The notes beneath the pieces were generated by a model, which was given only the letters and a program-made list of their open reading frames with translations, ran no database searches and had not been told where the DNA came from. Below, piece by piece: positions 1 through 24,737 of a stretch of 64,000 nucleotides of DNA (the stretch's first letter is position 1; each line of letters opens with the position of its first letter). A program made the position numbers and the translations under genes. Origin of the DNA: the human T2T-CHM13v2.0 reference genome, Homo sapiens; assembly GCF_009914755.1 (NCBI RefSeq), contig NC_060943.1; one strand, written 5' to 3'.

Positions 1-295
<295 letters not shown>

Positions 296-1984
296 CTATA
301 AAATTATTCAAACTACATAAGCAAGACGACATTGCAATATGACACAGGCCCTAATTCTTCATAGATATATAAATGTAATAAAAACATATAGACCAAAATA
401 CATATGTGAATAATTTATACATGAGTTAAGTGTGTGCATTTCCTCAATTAAGCCCAATGCAAAGAGCCACATAGAAAACAAGAAAAGTTTGTTAAATTTA
501 CCCAATACAACTCTTTCTGCTCCTCAATATTACCTAGTCCCTTCAGAAGCAAATTGTCCATTTCTGATTTTTTTTTTTTTTTAAGGAAAGTAAAATATTG
601 ACACATCCAATTTAATTTTTGTCTTCTATGGCTCTTTCCACACACTGGTTTCTGTCTCTCATGACATAAAGTGCTGAAATACATGGTGGTATACTTTGAA
701 ATGAAAGTTTGAGCCTGCTGAGATCAAAGGTAAATGCACTGCAGCAGAGCACTGCAGTGCCACAGAGAGAGTACAGGTGTACCAAGTGATTACTTTTCAG
801 AAGAAACATAAATAGTCTCTTTTAACTAAAAATAAACACAAAATTTCAGACAAGACAAACCTGAAGATGTTTGAGAGACCCACATAATCTCTAGCCAAGA
901 CCATTATTTTCTGACTATGCCAGGACAAAGCTACATTATAAATTTTGTGACAGGTGGCCTTTTTAAATGTCCAAATCTCAAAGATTACAGTCTATACAAA
1001 ATAGGGCAATATAATCTTATCAAAAATATTATAAAGTTTTCAGAAAGAAACCATTGAAAATGTATATACTAATTTTAAAAATTGAATAGCACTCAATGAG
1101 TGAAGCAGGAACACAAAAGACTATAGAAAATGAGAAAAATGAGGATAAGAACAAAAATAACCAGTGAATTGTCAACAAAAGATTTGCAGGATAGAAGAGA
1201 ACAGTGTGATATAGTCAAAGTTCTAAAAAAAAAAAAAAAAAGCAAACAAAAAAAAGAAGCTATAAAGTGAGAATAAATACCATCAGCAAATCTGTCCTGC
1301 CTAAAAGAAAAAAAAAAAAAGAGCTTTCAAAATAACCAAATTCTTAAAAAGTATATTTTGCACTGCATACGTCTTCCATAGGAAAGATGCTGAAAGTAGT
1401 TCTTACCACTGAAAATAACATAATGTAAGAAAACAACACCTAGTCATATAAAAATACATTATTTTCTAGGAAAGATATGCACACACAAAAAAATTGAATT
1501 TCTAGCATTATTCTAATGGTGCAGAAAACATTTTTAATTATTCTCTAACATTTGAGAGATAAAAGCACAGGAATTATTATAAACATCTGTTAATGAATAT
1601 ACAACATAAATAGATAAACTTAGCAACATCAGTGAAAAATTTAAGAGCAGACATAATAAGGAGGACTTTTTTATGCAACTGAAGTTAATTTTTCACCTGA
1701 TTAAAATATATTGTTTTATTTTTAGAGGTTTTATGTAATCCCCAAGATACCACACAAAAAAATCTGTATACATACACAAAAGAAAAATAAGAAAATGAAA
1801 GCATATCAATACGAAAACCAGAAAGAAACAAAGGAAGACAGAAAGAGAAAATGAGGGACAAGATGAAAGAATTAAATAGAATAGGTAATAAAATAAAAGT
1901 AACTCCTTTACTTTCAGAAAATTATTTAAATATACGGAAAATTAACTTTCAAATCAACAGAATTTTAATAGATTTATTAACATT

Positions 1985-2277
<293 letters not shown>

Positions 2278-2693
2278 TTATTTAAAAAATTTTAAATATC
2301 AAGATCCAACTTGCCTTTCTACAAGAGTCAGTTGAAATCTAATGTTAAAAAGACTCAAAGTGGCAAGATGGAAGTAGACATTTCATGCAAATATTAGTCA
2401 AGTGAGAGCAGAAGAGGTCAAAATAATATTACACAAGCTAAATCTTAAGTCAAAGACTCATATTTTATAAAATGCACTTGACAATGAAACTCCAAAGAGA
2501 CAAAGAAAGATATTAAAAAATAATAGATTAACTGGGAATCTGTGAAAAATCTGAATGTGTGTATGTGTGTGTCTCACATTAGGATTACAAATATATAAAG
2601 CAAATATTGATAGAATAGAAGAAACACAAGGAGATCAATATAATTATAGTAGGATATTATTATACCACACTTTCGGTAATAAAAATGAAAATA

Positions 2694-8936
<6,243 letters not shown>

Positions 8937-9265
8937 AATATACAGGAATTTAACAAAACACTCGAGCACGCTCTTATGCAAAGGTTGTAATAATACTGTA
9001 AAGATGTTCATCCTGCTCAATGTAATCTACACAGTTAATGAAATGTTCCTCAAATTTCTCACTGCATTTTTGAAAAAATAGAAACAGCAACCCTAAAAGT
9101 ATATAGAATCTCAAAAGACAATACCCAACAATCTTAAAATAATAATAATAATAAAGCAATGTTGCAGGCATTAAAGTTCCTGATTTCAAAAGACATTCCA
9201 AGCTACAGAATTAAAACAATCTGGTTAAGTATAAGGATGAAAAATTAGACTAATAAAATAGAATG

Positions 9266-9269
<4 letters not shown>

Positions 9270-9312
<43 letters not shown>
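9270..9312. repeat. (TA)n microsatellite
   Basis: About 21 TA units. Confidence 0.95.
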
Positions 9313-9314
<2 letters not shown>

Positions 9315-11655
9315 CACACTTTAAGATATATGGTCATATGAGGAGTCATTTACATAGCAATAATTATTACTGTAAACTAATAAAGGCAATGCAAATTTGT
9401 TACCAAATCATTCAGTAAATATAATTTGAAATATAAAAATACTGGAATATCACTCAGTTTTCAAAAGCAGAAATTATAAAGCAATTATAAAGATAAATCT
9501 TGATAACATTATGCAAAATGAAATGAGTCAGCCATAAAAAGACAAAGATTCTATGAGATAGATAGATATAAAGCAATTACACTCTTAGAAACAGATAAAA
9601 AGAAAAAGGTCCCCTATTTGCTTAACCCCCAACAGCAAGAAAGTCTGTCAGTCATCCACGACAAAAATGTCTTAATGAGAGAATCAGACATCATGGTTAA
9701 CATCTGTAATGACAGCTACATGGTATAGAAAGGTTGGAGAATTGCTGCAGGCCAAAACTTTAAGACCAACCTGGGTTATGTAGTGAGACCTTATCTCAAA
9801 AATAAGTGCCTTTAAGAGAGCTTTGAGATCCAGTGAGGGAATTGTGAAACTTTGCTAAAGCCCAAGATTGAGGAGCACCCTTTTCAGAAGGCAAGCTTTC
9901 ATTCAGGTGGCAAACTAGAGGAGCCCTGCTCTTGACTACAGACCAGAAAATGTCCCACCCTACTTGGTCCCACAGAGAATTTTGAACTTACTCTGTAACC
10001 ATCCCAAACTCCTCCCAGCCACAGTCTGTGAGAGGTCTTGGTCCTCCAGAGGCTTGGAGACTGATACCCATTTAGAGCCATGCTGGCAGGCCTGCAGACC
10101 TTGGTCCTTACTGTCGTCCCAATAGCAGTTCCATGACTCAGTTCCAGCTTCCTAAGCCACAGTTCATGGCCAGTTCTGCCTACATAGAATCCCACAGTGA
10201 CCTCAGAAATCCTCTCTGGTACTCAATGAAAAGCCATACTAATCCACATCCTAATATAAAGCCCACCATATGCAGACTTGACTGTAGAAACCTGCCCTAG
10301 CGTCTACCCTACTGAGCAACGTCCTGAAGGATATTTACTCTGTCCAAAAATAAAATGGGAATTACAACTGCCCAAGCCCCTTGTAATAAGCCAACCCTAG
10401 TGCAGAGCCAGCAGCCTTGTGACCAAGCTACAACCCCACTCTACTACAAACCCAGAGGGCATTCTATCACCCTGGGGGCCCCAAAAAAGAAGATTTTTAC
10501 CCTCTGAAACCAGTTTATAAAAATTTTAAGAGGTGTTTACTCCTTCAAATTCAGACACCAATGCAAAAGCATACTGTGCCACTGACAATGCTTCTATCTT
10601 AACACAGCACTTGAAGTATGTGGAAGAAAAATTAGTCAAAAAAATTTTTAAGTCACTGAAATTGAAGGCAAATAAGTAAAACATTGCTGTTTGTAGATCA
10701 TGCAATGTTCTCTATAAAAAACCATAAACAGTACATTAAAATCTTTTCAAACTAATAAATACACTCAGCAAATTAGCAAAATATAAAATTAACATACAAG
10801 TATAAGTTATGATTCCATACACTTAAACTATCTGATAAAATAGAAAAAGAAAACCATCTTATTTACAATAGCACTAAAATAATAAATATCTGAGAACAAA
10901 TTTAATTGAGGAGCTGAAAAACTTTTCAAGGATTTATCAATGAAAAATGAGAGAACACAAATAAATTTAAATATATTTTATGTCTATAGATTCAAATAAA
11001 TGTTAAAATATCATATTACCCAAAGTGATCTCTAGATTCAGTAAACTCTGTCAATATTCCAGTGTTTTTCTTTCACAGTAATGAAAAATACAATCATAAA
11101 ATTTACATGAAGCTACAAGAAACTGTGAATAGCCAAAGCAATCTTGAGGAAAAATAAAAAAGCAGAAGGATATTATACTTTATAATTTCAAACTATATTT
11201 CAAGACTATAGTAATAAAAACAGAATGAAATGTGCAGAAAAATGAACCAAAAAAACCCCAATGATACAGAAACCACTACTCTCACACACTTCAGAGATGA
11301 TGGAAAAAGAGAACTTAAAAGATAGTTTAACATGGAGTACCTTAAAATTACGCGGATATCTATGTGTCCACAAAAACAAAAAAAAGTCAGATTGCACTCT
11401 CTTGTATGCCATGAACAGTACTTTGGCTATCACTGTAAACTTGAAGGAAAATTACTTAAGGGAAAGAAGAATTCTTAGAAATTTTAAAAGCATAAGTTAG
11501 AAGATGCCCCTGTGTGAGAGAAAATTAAAAAATAAAAATAAAAATTAGCTTTCCAGAAACAACTACTTTTGGAACACAGCTTCCCAAATGACTTTAAGGA
11601 CTGGCTTCCTCATTGACTTTGGACTTCTCATTCATGTTGTCTGTATTCACTCTCA

Positions 11656-11790
<135 letters not shown>

Positions 11791-11885
11791 TCATATTCTC
11801 CAATTACCAACTTAGTAATGTGCTCAGTAAAGAGGATGTAATAGAATATTCTAATACATTTATCCCAAAATACTAAATTATAACA

Positions 11886-14764
11886 TGTCTGTTGAAGAAA
11901 AACGTTATGTGCAGTTGCTTAAAGTTCTGTTGAAACAGTCTGGAGCTCAAGTTAATTCACAAACATTAAGCTTCTTCAGAAGGTTATTGCGCATAACCCA
12001 TGGTTTCTGCAGGCAGGTACTCTCACTGTGGAAAACTGGAACAGAGTAGGAGATGGATTGAAATGGGTTCGTCAAAAAGGTCTTAAAGGAGACCCTTCTG
12101 TTTTTTCTGCTTGGGGTTTGGTTTGCACGGTCCTACTGCCGCTGTCTCCTTCTTATTTTGTCAGACAACAGGAGTCAGGTTTTGAGTCTCAAGAATTAAA
12201 AAGATAATTTCTTCCTCCAACAGCGCCTATTGAAAATAATGAGCAGGAGAAAGGGAAGAATTGTCCATTTGCTAAGCAGGAAAAAGGAGAGGAGAATTGG
12301 CCTCTGCTACCCCCTCCAATAACAGAAGTAGAAACTCCCATACAAAAAATTTTGCATGCTGATGCTGCGGCTAGGGAACCTTTAGGACCTTGTGCTTTTC
12401 CTATTACTGTGAGGCCTGATCCAAACAATCTGCAACATCTTTTACATGAGCACACTCCTGTACAGTTTAAATTACTGAAAGAATTAAAAGCTAGTGTGGT
12501 TAATAATGGAGTGCAAAGCCCATTCACTATAGGGCTGTTAGAATTGGTGTTCAGAGCCATGCACCTCCCACTCTTTGATATAAAACATTTGGGTTGCACT
12601 TGCTTATCCGCCAGTGCATACCTGATATGGAGCTTAAACTGGCAAGAAATGTGTGCAGATCAGGCTAGGTAGAATCACACTGCTGGTCAAGGAAACATTA
12701 GAGAGAAAATGATGACAGGCAATGGCCCATTTTCAGATCTGGTACAATAATTAACATTCCCAGATGCTGCTTACCACTGGTCTGCCTTAGCCGCCAAGCA
12801 TGCTTGGAGCACAATTCCTGAAGAGGGAGTTCCAGTGCAGTCTTTCTACATGTCATGCAGGGATCATGAGAGCCTTATGCACAATATATCACATGGCTGC
12901 AAGAGGCAGTGTGGCATCAGATCCCTAATGCCCCTGCTGCAGAAATGCTTACCATAATTCTAACCTATGAAAATGTAAATGCAGATTGCAAGTGTGCAAT
13001 GGCTCCTGTGAGATCCACACAAAGCTTGGGGAATTACCTTAAAGCTTGTCAGAATGCAGGAACTGAATTTCATTGTTCTACAATGTTAGCACAAGCAATG
13101 GCTAGTTTAGTAGTTGACAGATCTAAAAGGAGCCAAGGTTCAAACCCTAAAGTGGGAAAATGTTACAACTGTGGAAAAACTGGACATTTCAAAAAGGAAT
13201 GCCACCAGATCTCAGGACAGAAAGGACCTTACAATGCGGTGCTCCCCACCCCGAGCAGAAAAAACACCAGGATTCTGTCCTCGCTGTAACAAAGGGAATC
13301 ACTGGGCTGTAACAATGGACATCATTGGGCGAATCAGTGCCGCTCAAAATTTCATCATAATAACACCCCCGCTAGGAAACAAGAAGGGGCCCTGGACCCA
13401 GTCCCCTCAAACAATGACGGCATTCCCAGTTCAGGCCACAACCCCACTTCAAGGGTTGGTCCCAGGAGAAACATTGATTCCCTCTCCCCAGGAACACCAG
13501 GAAGTGCACGATTAGATCTCCCAGTCAGAGAAAGAATTACATTAGTTATAGGAGACAAACCTACCAAAGTACCCACTGTCATTTGGGGACCTATACCAGC
13601 AGGATACATGGGACTAATTTTAGGCAAAAGCTGCCTTAACTTGCAAGGCATCACTGTAATCCCAGGAGTAGTTGACTCCAATTATAAAGGAGAAATCCAA
13701 GTAGTTTTAATGTCACAAGATCTTTGGGTTTTTGAACCAGGGGAATATATAGTGCAATTATTGCTTATGCCCTGCAAATTACACCCTTTTCCACAAAAGG
13801 AGAAATGAGGAAATAAAGGGTTTGGGAGCACAACTACATGAGAAATCTATCCATCACAACTCATAGCCTCTAACAGACTCACCTGTGTAGTACAAACTAA
13901 AGGAAAGAAATTTTATGGGCTTATGGAAACAGGAGCCGATGTGTCAGTAATACCCAGTAAGGATTAGCCCCCGTCTTGGCACATTTTGGGTCGCATCCCT
14001 GGGCTATGGATTTCTAATAATCTGTCCAAGCCTTGGGCTGCCACCCCTGCTTTGCACTTTGTGAAACTTCTTCTAACTCAACTTACTTATCGTGTCCGCA
14101 GACCCTTAGGCATGATAATTTTTGCTATTGTTTCCTTGGTCACACTAATAACTTCTATTGTGATGTCCTCTGTAGCTTTGCATAGTTCTATTCAACAGCT
14201 CAGTATGTGGAGAACTGGATGCAGAGGCATACAGCCAACCAAGCATGGCTACTAAAGAATAAAATTAACACTGAGTTATAAACAAGTGGCAATGTTGAAA
14301 TCCATGGTTCTATGGTTAGGAGAACAATTACAAAACTTACAATTGAAAGAGCAATTGTGCTATCATTTAAATCACACTCATATATGTGTAACCAACGTAG
14401 AATATAACCAAAGCGAGTATCCATGGGACCTTGTGAAAGCCCATTTGCGGGGAGCTTTCACACCCAACATCACCTTTGATACTGGTGAATTACAAAACAA
14501 AATTCTTGATTTAAATAAGCAAACTCAAGAGTTTCAGCCTTCTTTAGAAGACTGGACCGAATTCCAGCAAGGCCTGGAGAGCCTCAATCCTTGGACCTAT
14601 CTAAAGCACCACACAAACATCTCATATGTAGTTTTTGGAGTAATGCTGTTCTGTCTCTGTTTTCTGTTCATAGTCTGTAAAATCCGACGGACCAATCACA
14701 AAATGAGAGCTGCCCAACCTGGCCTTACGTTTATTTGATTAATGCATAAACAGGAAGGGGGAAA
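11886..14764 (+). mobile_element. Deleted betaretrovirus-like provirus, HERV-K(HML-6)/HERVK3 internal region: gag, dUTPase-pro, 3' env; 5' LTR and pol absent
   Basis: Gag CA fragments, NC knuckles CYNCGKTGHFKKEC and CPRCNKGNHWA, dUTPase motif GVVDSNYKGEI, protease-site remnant (ETGADVSVI) fused at ~13980 to env (RVRR cleavage site, fusion peptide, CX8C-like loop LCYHLNHTHIC, TM helix); polypurine tract at ~14752-14764. Confidence 0.85.
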
Positions 14765-15398
<634 letters not shown>

Positions 15399-15495
15399 TT
15401 ACCAATTGGTCATGGGCAGAACTTTTAATGTGACTCAAGGTAAAATGGAGAGAGTAGAGAGAGCTGGTTCTGACTTATATGAATGACTGAAATTA

Positions 15496-15980
<485 letters not shown>

Positions 15981-18900
15981 TTCATCGTGTGTATTTTTCA
16001 GATGGAAAAGACATAGTTTTGCATATTATTCAGATGGAATAGACATGTTGAGTTAGAAGGTATGACTCAAATTTTAATGTGTGCAATAAGCTAGAGATCC
16101 TGTTAATGCAATTTTTTTTTTTTCAGATCTGGGATAAAGTCTGAGTTGCTGAATTTCTAATAAGCTCATCAGTATGCCAATGTTTTTGGCCCAAAAAGAC
16201 TATTTTTTAAAACATCCAGTAATAGAATGAGCCTGTGTTTTTCTGTTTTTCTGGTTTGTAAACAAAGATAAGAGCCTTCATTTTCCAAAAACAGACAAAT
16301 GCAAAGGAAACCTAAGAAAGAAGGGCAGCTGTCAGATTAAATGTTTTGGTTTATTCACATCAGCTGCATAAAGATATTTAATGATGAAGAGGAAAATGAT
16401 TAATTCCATAGTAAAAAAATGTGTCAGAGAGCTTATCAACCAAGTGATTTATTAACATCAATTACACTAGAACACATTTTTTTAATGTCCTGATGTACCC
16501 AGAAGGACACAGTATTACTGCTGAGATATTGCCCCCCCTCTGAAAGGTAAATTATAGTCTGAATTTAACCATAAGGAAACATTAGTTTTATGGAAAGTTC
16601 AAGATAGAGATATCTCCCATGTTCTGTAACTTTTAGTAGTGATTTTAAATAGTATTTCTTCAGCACTGAGAGAGCAGGTATCTCCTAACAATTTTTTTTA
16701 GAATTTTCTGGGTAATAAATACCACACTGCTTCAATGAGTGTTTTCTTAATCTTGTACTGCATAGACATAATAAAGAACACAGATGAAACCACAACATTA
16801 CATGTTCTCTGTCTTCACTAAAAACCCCAGGTTTTCCCCAATATGAATTTTGAGTATCTACACTTTCCCATGTTCAACAGCCACAAAGGGACATTTTTAA
16901 TATTGCAGATTATAAATTCATAGTGAGATTTCTGCATGGCATATAAGAAGCCATAATATAGAGAAAGCTCTGGTATATAGAAAAAAATATATTTTTCAGA
17001 GACTTTGATTATTGTAAGAATTTTTTAAAGCAGTTAAGACAAACTCATTAGGGAGGAAAAACACAGGTACACAGAAGTACAGGTTTGCAAGTACTAAACG
17101 TATGTTTCCTGGAGGAAGAATAGTGGACACAGATCTTGATCTCAGACATGTTTAGGTGAAAAAGAAAAGGCCATTTTTTTCTCTTTCTCCTCCTTCCCTA
17201 GGATTCTTTCTCAGATAAAATTTTCTAGACAAATTACACCTGCATCTTGAGAATATGCCTTTAAAAGTGTCAGCACCACAGGTCTACCTGCTGTCACCAC
17301 ATCCACAGGCAGAAGAACCAAGACAGAAAAACTCCATCCATTTCTGTCCTTTATAGCAGAAGAGATGAAGAAACAATGAGTAGCTCCACAGAGATAAAAA
17401 TATGCTTTTCTTTATTTTGTCCTCAGGAGCCATCCCCTGACACAGGCACCAGCAATTTCTGCCACAGTAATGTAAATATGGGCCACGGTGTACTGTCCCT
17501 ACCAAATCCAAACAGAACAGGTTCTTGGACCACCCTTTAATGCAAAGATGGAACTTAACTCTCATGAATGTATTATGAATTCCTCATACTTGATTCTGGC
17601 CTCACCTTAGAGTCACATGAGCCACTTAATTAAAACAACATGAATGCTTCCACCAAGAACAATAAACAGAATCCATGGAAAGGGCACAAGTAAAGAGAGT
17701 TCTGCAAAATGGCCAGGTGATACTAATTAGAAGCCTGGGCTGATAACCCCTTAACTAAGCATTTCCTCTCAAGCTCTAAGGAGCTTATAAATGACTTGGT
17801 AATTTTGGCCCCACTCTATGAAATGTAATTCTGCAGGTATGGAAAGGGTCCATAAATGGGTCACTTAAACAAGTGCGCTGTCAATAATGATGTTGCTCCC
17901 ACTGGGCTTATTATTAGCATTAATTAGAGAAATGAGGCAGAACACAGATACTTCTGGTACAAATGAAAACAATCATTCTTCATCCTAAAGTATTATATTA
18001 TTTGCTGACTCTTTAAAATTTACAGAGAAAACAGAAAGCAGCAATTTCTGAGTAAGTCAGCATTTGGAAAACAACGTGTGCACATGTACTAATGCAATGT
18101 TTATTAAGCAGGTACTATGTGCTCAATAGGATGTTAGAGTACTGTGATAGCACATTATGTGATTTAATCCTAATAACACCCTTTCAGTTGATACTAAGTG
18201 TTCAATAATTCCAAGGCTTTAAAGGACCCAGCATTTTTATTTCTATTTGTTTATCTGTCATTGATTTTTCAAAAAATGCATAGAATAAAAGCTAACTATA
18301 GACAGATGAAAGGGATACAGATGGAAAGAGCTTAATAAAATTTAGATAAATTTTTATTGTGTTTATATTTACTTTCTTGTGACTTGTGAATCAACTGCAA
18401 AGAATAGAAAACAGAACAGAAAACAGAAATCAGCTGCAGGAACAGAAAACAAGTTGCTAAATAATGTCTCTGCAAGCACTGGTTTTAATTAAAAATTTGT
18501 AAAGTAAGATTCTATAATACATACTTTATATTTCCCATTTATCTGCTTTTAAGTCTCAGAAAATGTTGAACACCAGCTCTAAAAAGGCAACAGTATTCAT
18601 GACCCAAAACTCTGATCTCTTCTAATCAGTTCTTTGAGGCAAGACTCCAGGGTAGGGCCAGACATAAATAAGGCCTCCAAAAAGGGTGAATATGAACAGG
18701 GCTGGGGCAGAGTGTAGAGCCAATGTACAATTCTGTTCTCTATGGCACTGGGGGGTATTGTAAGTTCTTTTTTTTTAAATCTTACTTAAGTAAACTTAAA
18801 TCTGAGTTTGTATAATTTTAATCTTTTTTAGCCACTGCCCTGTAAATTTTATATTACATACTAATAAGAAATTTAAAAAAAAATCCCTTAAGGTTTTCTA

Positions 18901-19159
18901 TAATAATTTTTTTAGAAGAAAAATAAGTATTCTTAGCAGGGTAAAAGAACTACAAATAATAATAACAACTCTTCCAATTATAAGTTCAGGTGTAGACATC
19001 AGAAACCACAATATAAAGAAAGTGGCTCAAATAAAGCCCAAGTTGTTTTTTGCACATCTATTTATTGTACCCACCATATGATGCATAATTCAACCATTTT
19101 TCCAGTTGTTAGTTTAGACTAAAACTTCCAGGATGGTAGGAATCATGACTGCTTCATCA

Positions 19160-19493
19160 ATTTTTTTTTTTTTTTTTTTTTGAGACTGAGTCTCACTTTG
19201 TTGCGGAGGCTGGAGTGCAATGGTGTGATCTCGGCTCACTGTAGTCTCCACCTAACAGGTTAAAGAGATTCTCCTGCCTCAGCCTCCCAAGTAGCCAGGA
19301 CTACAGGCATGAGCCACCACACCTGGCTAAAATATGTTGGTTTATTCAACACATTATTCAATATTATTCAATATGGTGAAATCCCTATTTCACCATGTTG
19401 GCCAAGCTGGTCTCGAACTCCTGACCTCAGGTGATCCACCATCTTGGCTTCCCAAAGTACTGGGATTACAGGTATGAGACACTGCACCCAGCC
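19160..19493 (-). mobile_element. Alu with rearranged central linker
   Basis: Dimer with non-Alu filler at ~19331-19387. Confidence 0.9.
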
Positions 19494-20229
19494 TGCTTCT
19501 TCTATTTTTTTTTATGACTATATGAAATTGAAGCAATTAGTTTATCTCTTTGAGCCTCCAGACCTCCTGATTTTTTACTCAAGTACCAGGGATCTGTTCT
19601 GGACATTCTCAAATGTCTCAGAGATTCGTAGGTGATTGTGAGAGGGTTCCCAGTGAACCTGGGCTGATGGTCCAATGATAAGACAGGCAGAGAAGACTCA
19701 GGATGATTCTAAATAAAAAATGGAACTACTTTGGCTGAACTCCAGAATCTGGGTTGCCTGTCCTGATTTGCTAGCTGTTGGGTAAGTAGAAGGACAAGAA
19801 TACTCTACTCCAGTATCACATTTTACAAGTAGGTATAGTTGTGGTGTGGCTCTGGATACTTTGTGGCCTTAAGATGATTGTTTACACTTACAGATTCTGC
19901 CATCAGATTCTATTTACTCCTGGAGCCTCTCACATAACTGGGGCAGGTTAATGAAGATGTGAAAGGTCAAAAGGCCACACTCTCAAAAAAGGAAATTAAA
20001 ATGTCTATGTTGATATCTCACAATGCAGAAAATGCCTCCTGTTGGTTTTCTGTAAATTCTCAATCCAAAGTCTGGCTTTGCCTTGTAAATTCCAGGCAGA
20101 GGCCAGGTCTTATTTACAAATTCTAGGTGAAATCAACCTCACTCTGCATTTTTGGGTGTTACAGCAAGTAAAGTGAAATGAAAGGAGAGATCCCCTCTTA
20201 GAGGCTGCTCTAGAACATTCTAAATAATA

Positions 20230-20700
20230 TTTTACCTGAAAAAAGCTGACACAACATGAACATAAGCAGACAGTTTATTTGGGTCAAGCTTAAGGATTTT
20301 AACTTGAGACAAAATATTCAAGTTGCCTGGAATCTACACTTTCATTAGCAGCACTTACAAGTGGATTTGTAAAGGCAAAAAAAAAAAAAAAAAAAAAAAA
20401 AAGAGGTACAGTGAATGAGCTGATACGAAATTGGTTGTGAGAAATTTTACTTATGTAAAGAAATAACTTTAATAATTGATTGCATATACATCAAGGTTAA
20501 GGGTATGGAATTTAGTGTCCAGAGTGGAATTATTGGTCTAATTTAAAGCTACTTGTGGCAATAGTGAACAGTTTCAAGAGATAAATACATAGCTGAAGAA
20601 AAGGGAGAAAAACATAACTGTGCTCATTTTAATGGCTCTCTGACTTTGATAACTAAAAGGACTTGCATTCCTCAGATAAAAACTTTTTTTTTTCTTTTCA
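20230..20700 (-). mobile_element. Solo ERV1-class LTR (MER93-like)
   Basis: Minus strand begins ...TTTTATCTGAGGAATGCAAGTCCTTTTA and carries AAATCCACTTGTAA and CCCAAATAAAC near its end, matching the recalled MER93 consensus. Confidence 0.6.
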
Positions 20701-21699
20701 ATTCTCAAGACCTAGATTTAGAATTTGGAGCTGCAAATTCAGGTCCTGCATGGGTAAAGTAGCAGCAGGTGGTATCTGAATATTTGTGGGCATTATAGCA
20801 TGAGGAGGGAGGGAGAACTGGATTCTCACGTCTACAGGTCTACTCAATGCACATATTTTACTCTGATTGGGTTTCTGTGCCCCATGGTCACTGAATCAGT
20901 TTCAGGTCTGAAGACACAAGTCATTGAAAGAGGTAAAACGGTTAATATCTGACCTATAAAGTTTGTAGAAATCTGTTCTAGCCTCTCTAAAAGTGACTGC
21001 AGAGGATGATAGATACCAAGTAGGCAGAGACACAATTCCACCTGCATATTTAGGGTACAGCATGCACTTCGCAGCACAATTGTGAATGGACTGGAAGCCT
21101 GAGTGGAAAAGGCCCATCTATAGTAAAGCTTAGTTGGTACCCTATGTGTTTATATTATGTCTGGTAATTCTAGACAAGGTTTGGAAAATACAGTTAGAAG
21201 CAAAATTTTCTTCAGCCCCAGAGGAATTAAATAATAACAGAACAGAAAGAAAACTGTTTTATTACACAATTACATGTGAATGTGACATGCATTACAGTCA
21301 ATTTGCTCAAGAGATTGCAAAGACAGAAAGACAGTCACCATAATTCATCTACAAGTAGAATTTACAGCACCATGTCATACATAGTTCATCCTGAATTCAT
21401 CTGGTAGCTGGGAAGGCCATCCCTGTATGCTAACTGGTTATAATCAATGACAAAGTAAAGCTTTCACATCTTCATGACTAGAGGTAGTTTTGCAACTTGA
21501 ACCCCAGGGCCTGCTGAAGGTAGGCTTTGACTCTTCTACAAAAAGTGTTGATTCGGGTGCTATCTTTTTGGCTATTTACATTTTAAAGCAATAGCTCTCT
21601 ACTCTCTGAGCACTGGGCTAGAACACTCCTGCTTTCCCTCTCTTGGTGGCTAGTGTACTCTCTTGACCCCACCATCTGCCACTGAGGCACAGCCCACAG

Positions 21700-23420
<1,721 letters not shown>

Positions 23421-24699
23421 TATAATCTTTTGCCAAGAAAAAAGGAAAGCAATGAATCTCAGGTCCCAGATAAAGACAATTCTGAGTCAAAAGAATGACA
23501 AAAGGTTTGTTTCATTTCTAATATGATTTACATATATTTCAAAAAGCAGAAGAAATATATACATATAATCTAAACCTTTTTTTAAAAATCAGCAAGTTAT
23601 CCACCCTTATTTTCACATATGAGAATAAAGCCTCTTATTTCTCATTTATATTTTCTCTTACAAAAGCCAGGTCTCTGGACAAGTTCTTGAACTCTTGGAC
23701 ATCTGAATTTTGCACACTGTGTGCACTTAAAAGAATGTTTATGGGGGGAAAAGCAGAAGAGAGAAAATTGTTATAAAAAAAAACCATGGGTTCACATGAA
23801 TAAAGCAAATTATTAGAGACCTATGAAGAGACTTAGAATCTGACAGTAATAATCGGGGACTACATCTCACAGGCACTAATGGAGAGATCATTGAAGAAAA
23901 TCAACAACAATATTAGGACCTGAACTCAACACCTGACCAAATAAATAGTCCTAATAGACATCTACAGAACTCTTCATCTAAAAAATACCATAACATACAT
24001 TCTTCTCATCACCACATGGCACATACTCTAAAATTGACCACACAATCAGAAAAAAAACAATTCTCAGCAAATTCAAAAATCCCAAAACGATACAAGGCAC
24101 ACACACAGTTTACAGCTTAAGAGAAACACAATTCAATACCAATAAAACAACTGGAAACTATACAATTAAATAAAAATTAAATGGCCTACACTTGAATAAC
24201 TTTTTTGGTAAATAATGAAATTAAGGCAGAAACCAAGAAGTGTTTTGAAACAAATAAGAACAAAAATACAACACACCAGAATCTCTGCAATACAGCTAAG
24301 GCAGTGTTAAAAGAAAAATTTATATCATTAAATCCTCAGATCAAAAAGTTAGAAAGATCTCAGTTTAACAACCTGACATCATAAATAAAAGACTGAGAGC
24401 AACAAAAGCAAATCAGCCCCTAAGCTAGCAAAAGACAAGAAATAACCAAAATCAGATCTGAACTGAAGGAGATTTAGACATGAAAAACTACAAAATATCA
24501 AGAAATCCAGGCATTAAATCTATTTAAAAAAAGTAAATAAACTATGAGCTAGATTAATGAAGATACAAATAAACACAATTAGAAATGACAAAAAGAGACA
24601 TTACCACTGACCCCACAAAAATATACTGAAGTCTGCTATGCACATAAAAAAAAAACTAGAATAAAAAAATTATTGAACAAATACATCCTCCCAAAACTC

Positions 24700-24701
<2 letters not shown>

Positions 24702-24733
<32 letters not shown>
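24702..24733. repeat. (CA)n microsatellite
   Basis: About 16 CA units inside L1. Confidence 0.95.

Positions 24734-24737
<4 letters not shown>

Noticed and set aside
11885-12050. New ATG at the host/gag deletion junction, in frame with matrix
   Set aside because: Frameshifts after ~28 codons and stops at ~54; no upstream promoter since the 5' LTR is deleted
20925-21580. Possible further LTR fragments here and at ~31680-31960
   Set aside because: They look repeat-derived but I cannot assign family or boundaries without a Dfam search
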